From Nitrospinota bacterium (GTDB lineage Bacteria > UBA8248), in the NCBI GenBank assembly GCA_046581755.1, contig JAYGFR010000031.1:1-64000 (forward strand): a stretch of 64,000 nt of DNA, read 5' to 3'. Each line of letters begins with the position of its first letter. Position 1 is the stretch's first letter. The position numbers and the translations under genes are program-made. This document shows, in pieces, positions 58,623 to 64,000 of this stretch. The notes beneath the pieces were generated by a model. It saw only the letters and a list, made by a program, of their open reading frames with translations, searched no databases and was not told the DNA's origin.

Positions 58623-59687
58623 CTAAAAAGAATCGGGGGGGGGTTGTCCCTTCAGGAACACGGACTCAATACATCTTTCGCCGTCCGGCGAGACGGCGAG
58701 GGCATCCGGCCCGACGATGCACCGCTCCAAGGATACCTTCTCCCCGACCTCCGCCCCAGGAAACAACACCGAATGTACGACCGAGGCGCCCTCGCCCAGA
58801 GTAGCACCGCCTCCCAAAACCGCGAAAGGGCCGGCGGAGGCTCCCCGGCCCAGGCGCACCCCTTTTCCGATCAGAACGGGCGGATGGACCACGCCCCCGC
58901 CCCAATCCATGGAGGGCCCTTCCACCAGCACATCCCCTCCGGCGGGCCAATCCATCCCGGGGACAAACCGCCCGGCGAGCAGATCGTCTGCGGCATCCAG
59001 ATACCGTGCCGGCGTGCCAACGTCGGCCCAGTAGGAATTCGTCACCAGCGCGCCGATGAGGGCGCCCCCTTCGATCAAGGGGGGATACACCTCCTCGGAA
59101 ATCCCGCAAGGACGCCCCGGGGGGATGTGGTCGAGAAATTCTGGAGATAAAACGCTCTGCCCGGTAAACATCCCCTCGGTCAGGGCGCCGGCGGGCTGGC
59201 CGGGCGCCTCGGCCCGGAGAAACCTCCGGAGCCGCCCCGCCTTATCCACGGCCAGTAGACCGAATTTTTCCGCTTCCGGCGACGTGCGCAAAACCAGTGT
59301 CGCCAGGAATCCGCCCGCCTGATGGCGGGCCAGCGCCACCTCCAGATCGGCATTGCTTATGATATCGGCGTTTAATACGAAAAACGGCCCGCCAGTCTCC
59401 CGCAGGAAGGCTTCCGCCTGTTTAATCCCACCCGCCGTTCCCAATATCTCGGGCTCGAACGAGTAGCGGATCTCTACGCCACAGGCCGATTCCCCGAGTT
59501 CTGCCCGAATCGCCTCGGCCCGGTGATGGAGGTTCACGACGGCTTCCTTCACGCCCGCCCGGCGGAGCCTGTCCAGAGCAAACCGGATCACCGGCACGCC
59601 GCCCAGAGGCAAGAGCAGCTTGGGCACCGATTCGCCGAGCGAGCCCATCCGGACGCCGAGGCCCGCCGCTAGGACAAAAGCGCGCAT
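58623..59687 (-). CDS. NDP-sugar synthase/nucleotidyltransferase
   Basis: LAAGLGVRM..PK, LGTAGGI, NAD and WADVGTP, with C-terminal hexapeptide repeats. Confidence 0.88.
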   Translation of the reverse strand: MRAFVLAAGLGVRMGSLGESVPKLLLPLGGVPVIRFALDRLRRAGVKEAVVNLHHRAEAIRAELGESACGVEIRYSFEPEILGTAGGIKQAEAFLRETGGPFFVLNADIISNADLEVALARHQAGGFLATLVLRTSPEAEKFGLLAVDKAGRLRRFLRAEAPGQPAGALTEGMFTGQSVLSPEFLDHIPPGRPCGISEEVYPPLIEGGALIGALVTNSYWADVGTPARYLDAADDLLAGRFVPGMDWPAGGDVLVEGPSMDWGGGVVHPPVLIGKGVRLGRGASAGPFAVLGGGATLGEGASVVHSVLFPGAEVGEKVSLERCIVGPDALAVSPDGERCIESVFLKGQPPPDSF

Positions 59688-59862
59688 CGCCAGCCCAAAA
59701 TGAACCTCTCCAAATGGCGGCGAACGATTTCATGCCACAGGCACCCCGCCCGGCCGAAAGCAATGGCGCAATTTCTTTCAATCGGCATGGGTCAAAGCCG
59801 CCTGTCCGGGGGGGGCGAATGTGAAAAGATGGATTCGCACGGACGGCCGCTGGACCGGTGTC

Positions 59863-60768
59863 TTAATCGGAGGAATTCCCGTTTTTCCTGCGGCGGAAGA
59901 ACGATTGGATCTCATCCGCAAGCTCTTCGCCCGAGGGCAACTCCTCGGGTTCCGTGCCTTGGGCTTCCTCGTCTTCGTCCAGGTCCTTCTTGGCCCGGGT
60001 ATTCCACAGATCCGTCTGGGAGAGAAGGCGAGCAATTCCGGGCCGATCTTCGATGGCTTCCTTTATCTGGGAATCAAACTGATCCACCGACTTTTGCAGT
60101 TCGCTCAGGTCGAACCGAACCTCTCCAGTGGCCCCGAGACGATCCAGAAGGGCATGAGCCGCCTTTGGATTCGGCAGCGAGGAGATGTAATGCGGGATAT
60201 TGGCCCAAAGGCTCACCGCCGGAATCCGCGCATTCTGGAACTGGGTATGAATCACGCCCACGATGCCGGTCGGACCCTCGTATTTGGTTGCCGCCACCCC
60301 GGTGCGATCCGCCAGGCTGGGGTCGGTCGCCAGGCAAACCAATTCGGGCGGTTCGGTGTGGGACAGTCCTGCCAGCAAGGCACCCATGGTCACCGCCAGG
60401 CGCGATTTGCACACCTGGACAAGTTCGAGAACATCCTGGCTGAACGTCTTCCACCTGAGTTGCGGCTCCACACCGACGCACACCACCAGGTCGCGCGATA
60501 GGTCCGGATGCTTGCAATAATAAAACGCGTTCTCGGGCCAGGAGATCTTACGGTTTCCATCCCTATCGAGCCGGACGAGGGGCCGTTGGTCCGAATACTG
60601 AAAAAATTCATCCGGTCCAAACCACGCGAAGCGCTTGCCTCTGTATTGATTGATCAGGAACCGCGCGGCGATGGTCGCCGACCGGGCGGCATCGTTCCAT
60701 CCCTCAAAAGCCAGAACAAACATCGGATCGCGGAGTTCTGGAAGGATCTCGATGTGAAGATTTTTCAT
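59863..60768 (-). CDS. PAC2 (proteasome assembly chaperone-like) family protein
   Basis: AFEGWNDAA, RP, EPQLRW, YEGPTGIVG and WANIPHY...NPKAA motifs. Confidence 0.85.
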   Translation of the reverse strand: MKNLHIEILPELRDPMFVLAFEGWNDAARSATIAARFLINQYRGKRFAWFGPDEFFQYSDQRPLVRLDRDGNRKISWPENAFYYCKHPDLSRDLVVCVGVEPQLRWKTFSQDVLELVQVCKSRLAVTMGALLAGLSHTEPPELVCLATDPSLADRTGVAATKYEGPTGIVGVIHTQFQNARIPAVSLWANIPHYISSLPNPKAAHALLDRLGATGEVRFDLSELQKSVDQFDSQIKEAIEDRPGIARLLSQTDLWNTRAKKDLDEDEEAQGTEPEELPSGEELADEIQSFFRRRKNGNSSD

Positions 60769-60919
60769 TGTGGAATTCTCTCCGGATCAGGCAGCCGGCC
60801 GGTAACAGGCCCCATATCGGAATTTCATTTTACCCTCGGCTCCCGGCTCACCTCAAGGCAAGCCCGGGAAGAGGGCGGGCGAAACCCGCTATCTGACACC
60901 GGACATTCGCTTTCAGGAC

Positions 60920-61765
60920 CTATCCGGCCTGCCCCGAGGGATGCTCGCCGAGGGCGTCGTAAACGATCCCGACGCCGTTTTTCTGGAGCAAATAAGCCCT
61001 GTCGCCCAGGACGCGAGGATGCTCAAGGCCGGGTCGATCGATGTAATTCACCCGCTCCTGGACCTCCTCGCGACCGAGCCCGAGATCCTTGAGCTTCTTC
61101 ACCTCCCCAATGACGTCGAACATCCTTTGCCGCTGGCGGGGAATTTCATCTTTCCGGCAAGGGCCGCCGTGTCCCGGCACGTACCAGTCCACGTCGAGGG
61201 ATTCCAGCAAGGCGAGCGATTCGAACCACTCCCAGACCGCAGCCGAATGGAAGAAGGGATAATTGCCGGGGGTGATGTTGTCCGCCGTGAAGACAACGCG
61301 GGCCTCCACGGCGTGAACGACCGTCTGGCCCCGCGTGTGGCCGGGCGAGAATATGAGATGAAAGGTTTGGCCGCCGAGCCGAAGCGTCATCCGGCTGCGA
61401 AAAGTGATGTCCGGCCAGCGGATTTCGTACCCATCGAGGAGAGGCCCGCACTCGGGATCGTAAAACAGCATGCGCTCCTTGGCCACCTCGACGGAGGGAA
61501 GCGAGGTCAGGAAGTCGGAATAGGTCACCTCGCTCGAAATGATCGTCCCTCCCCCCAGATACCAGTTCGATGCGATGTGATCTTGATGATGTTCGGTGTT
61601 GATGTGGTAGCGGAGGGGCCCTTTCGAAGCAATGAAATCACGCCATTCGATCGCGTCGCTGGGCTTCATGGGGCCGTCGATGGCGACGACGCCCTCGGAG
61701 GTGATCACCATCCCCACTGTGGGGTAACGGTTCATGTAAAAAACCTGGTCGGTCAATGAGTCCAT
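60920..61765 (-). CDS. MBL-fold hydrolase (cyclase-like)
   Basis: NTEHHQDH, PGHT, FTAD and VPGHG motifs. Start ATG 61765 after GAGG. Confidence 0.85.
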   Translation of the reverse strand: MDSLTDQVFYMNRYPTVGMVITSEGVVAIDGPMKPSDAIEWRDFIASKGPLRYHINTEHHQDHIASNWYLGGGTIISSEVTYSDFLTSLPSVEVAKERMLFYDPECGPLLDGYEIRWPDITFRSRMTLRLGGQTFHLIFSPGHTRGQTVVHAVEARVVFTADNITPGNYPFFHSAAVWEWFESLALLESLDVDWYVPGHGGPCRKDEIPRQRQRMFDVIGEVKKLKDLGLGREEVQERVNYIDRPGLEHPRVLGDRAYLLQKNGVGIVYDALGEHPSGQAG

Positions 61766-61833
61766 CGCTGCCTCACTGGGGGGCGGGAGAGCCGGATTTA
61801 CAGGCGTGCCCATCCTCCCGTGCCGGCCCCCTG

Positions 61834-62388
61834 TTATCCTGAAATCCCTTCGAGCTCCAAGGGCTCGCCGTTCAGTTCGATTTCACTTTTGAGCGGGACG
61901 GATGACTGGATCATCCGCTCGGCGTAGCAACCCTGCTTGGCGTTCCGGATAAGCAGAGCGATCTTCTCGGGCGGGGCACCGCTTTCCACCCGGAAAATCG
62001 TTCGCGTCTCTGTGCACCCGGACTCGACCGTCCCCTTCAATACCGAACCACGCAAAAAATAGTCCATCTCCACCCGACAACTCGCCTTGGTGATCTCGAT
62101 TTTCATCATGTGCGCGTACCGCGCCAGCTGGGTGAGCAGTCAGAAACCCACCCCCATGCAGATATAGGTGAGAGGCTGGGGATAGCAATCCTGCCCCCCG
62201 ATTCGGGGCGGCTCATCGCAAAACACCTCGAACTTCTCCTTCCGCCCCACCTTGATCTGGCCGTCGCCGCTCCACTCGGTCTCCGCCCATTGGTAGGAAA
62301 CCGTCCCTTGGGGCGGAAGCTCGGGCTTGTCGATGAGCCGCTCCCCGAGAACGGCACTGAGCTCTGTCGTCACTATCGGTTTTTCCAT
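61834..62388 (-). CDS. OsmC-like selenoprotein, paralog 2 (Sec83), 184 aa
   Basis: PQPLTYICMGVGF-TGA(62140-62142)-LLTQLARYA continues in frame into track ORF 61834..62109 (NAKQGCY). Confidence 0.87.
62112..62124 (-). promoter_or_regulatory. Candidate SECIS hairpin (OsmC-like 2)
   Basis: GCGCG-GTA-CGCGC at +16 to +28 after the TGA. Confidence 0.7.
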
Positions 62389-62668
62389 AATCAGGCCCTT
62401 TTTGAGAAAACGCAGGTGCATCATCCGCTTCGGTTAAATGGGAGCCGAATGCCCTCTGACGGTCAAAATTCCGGGTACCAGCCCATATTTTCAAAAATAC
62501 CCCGTCAAAGCCAGACCCCGAACCATTATCCCGAGAATTAACGGGGCGCGGCCCGATTTACGCCCTTGAATCTGGCTCCCATTTCAGCCATTATCCGTCC
62601 TCCCCGGACCTCCGGGGAAAACGGATGCAGCCGCGCCACTAATGCCAGAACGACCCTGGAGCAAACCA

Positions 62669-64000
62669 ATGGCCTCGACCATTCGGGACGACATTCGAAA
62701 TTTCGCGATCATCGCCCATGTGGACCACGGCAAAACCACACTCGTGGATTCCATGCTCTGGCAGACCGGAATCTTCCGCGAGGGCCAGGTGGTCGCCAGC
62801 CGGGTCCTCGATTCGATGGACCTTGAGCGTGAAAAAGGCATCACCATCATGGCGAAAAATTGCGCCGTTAAATACAAGGGCATCACCCTCAACATCGTCG
62901 ATACACCCGGCCACGCGGATTTCGGCGGCGAGGTCGAGCGGGTGCTCTCTTTGGTGGACGGCGCCCTGCTCCTGGTGGACGCCTCCGAGGGGCCGCTTCC
63001 GCAGACCCGCTTCGTGGTCAGCAAGGCGCTCGAGCGCAACCTCCCCTTCGTCCTTATCATCAACAAGGTGGACCGCTCGGACGCGCGCCCCGAGGAGGTT
63101 TTGAACGAAGTGTACGACCTGTTCATCGACCTGGAAGCCACCGAGGATCAACTTGAGTTCCCCGTCCTTTACGCTATCGCCAAGGAGGGCCGCACGGGCA
63201 CATCGCCCGAAGCTCTCTCGGACAACCTCGAACCCCTGTTCGATGCCCTGTTAAAAACCATTCCCCCGCCCACATTCAATGAAGGAGAGCCACTCCAGCT
63301 TCTCGTAGCCCAGCTCGAATACGACAACTACGTCGGACGCCTCGCCATCGGCCGGGTGTGGAACGGGGAGATTCGAGCGAGGGAAAAGTGCATTCTGATC
63401 GGCGCAAAAGGCGAGAACGCCACCGCCGAGATCACCCTCCTCTACGGCTACGAAGGGCTTCTGCGGAAAGAAATTTCAAAAGCGCGGGCCGGCGATATTG
63501 TCGCCGTCGCCGGCTTCGATAAAATCGGAATCGGGGATACCATTGCCGACCCCGAAAATCCGAAACCGCTTCCGCCCATCGTCCTCGATGAGCCGACCAT
63601 CACCATGATCTTCCGGGTGAACGATTCACCCTTCGCGGGCCGGAGCGGTCGATTTCTCACCTCGCGCCAGATTCGAACCCGCCTGTTTCAGGAATCGCTC
63701 AACAACCCGGCCATCGTGGTCGAGGAAACCGACTCCTCAGACACCTTCCGCCTGTCGGGCCGGGGCTCCCTCCAGCTGGCCATTCTCATCGAACAACTCC
63801 GGCGCGATAGCTTCGAAATTATCGTCGGCCCGCCAGAGGTCATTACGCGCTCCGAAAACGGCAAAAAACTCGAACCCGTCGAGAACGTCGTCATCGATCT
63901 GCCCGAGGAATATATCGGCGCGGTCACCCAAAAGCTCGGCGAGCGCAAAGGCAAGATGACCCAGATGGTCAACCACGGAAAGGGCCGCGCCCGCCTCGAG
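62669..64000 (+). CDS. typA: Translational GTPase TypA/BipA (partial, runs off the window)
   Basis: [46 protein letters not shown] and NDSPFAG. Open to the window end. Confidence 0.95.
   Translation, partial: MASTIRDDIRNFAIIAHVDHGKTTLVDSMLWQTGIFREGQVVASRVLDSMDLEREKGITIMAKNCAVKYKGITLNIVDTPGHADFGGEVERVLSLVDGALLLVDASEGPLPQTRFVVSKALERNLPFVLIINKVDRSDARPEEVLNEVYDLFIDLEATEDQLEFPVLYAIAKEGRTGTSPEALSDNLEPLFDALLKTIPPPTFNEGEPLQLLVAQLEYDNYVGRLAIGRVWNGEIRAREKCILIGAKGENATAEITLLYGYEGLLRKEISKARAGDIVAVAGFDKIGIGDTIADPENPKPLPPIVLDEPTITMIFRVNDSPFAGRSGRFLTSRQIRTRLFQESLNNPAIVVEETDSSDTFRLSGRGSLQLAILIEQLRRDSFEIIVGPPEVITRSENGKKLEPVENVVIDLPEEYIGAVTQKLGERKGKMTQMVNHGKGRARLE

Noticed and set aside
350..63976. Numerous long antisense or shifted-frame ORFs (e.g. 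3919-5358, 13329-14546, 56983-58626)
   Set aside because: Shadow ORFs of real genes in GC-rich DNA; Arg/Pro/Gly-rich with no motifs.
1..64000. Genome-wide UGA reassignment (code 4 or 25)
   Set aside because: Many full-length genes terminate at TGA, often in ATGA overlaps; internal TGAs occur only at Cys-equivalent redox sites.

Overview
GC-rich bacterial chromosomal window, densely coding (about 65 genes), with housekeeping and accessory metabolic genes. These include rluB, bioF, crcB, the futalosine menaquinone genes mqnE/mqnA/mqnC plus a deaminase, thrB, a rlmD-like/lexA/dinB cluster, uvrA, ggt and a partial typA. No rRNA, tRNA, cas gene, integrase or transposase was recognised. The main result is a hidden selenoproteome that the ORF track splits or misses. 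Four genes have an in-frame TGA at a redox-Cys position, each followed by a short G-loop hairpin 18-21 nt downstream (bacterial SECIS-like): an AhpD/CMD-like CxxU protein, two paralogous OsmC-like proteins whose hairpins show a compensatory base change, and an orphan PrdB/GrdB-like UxxC protein. Also seen: a degenerate 66-67 bp periodic repeat array interrupted by a 100 bp hairpin element; a mazEF pair whose toxin appears to lack catalytic residues; a MqnE with a CX5CX2C motif; four single-base homopolymer frameshifts (DMT transporter, pncA, cytochrome c, lexA) that may be sequencing errors; and a lipoprotein frame broken by two TAA codons. All family assignments come from motif recognition by eye, not database searches.
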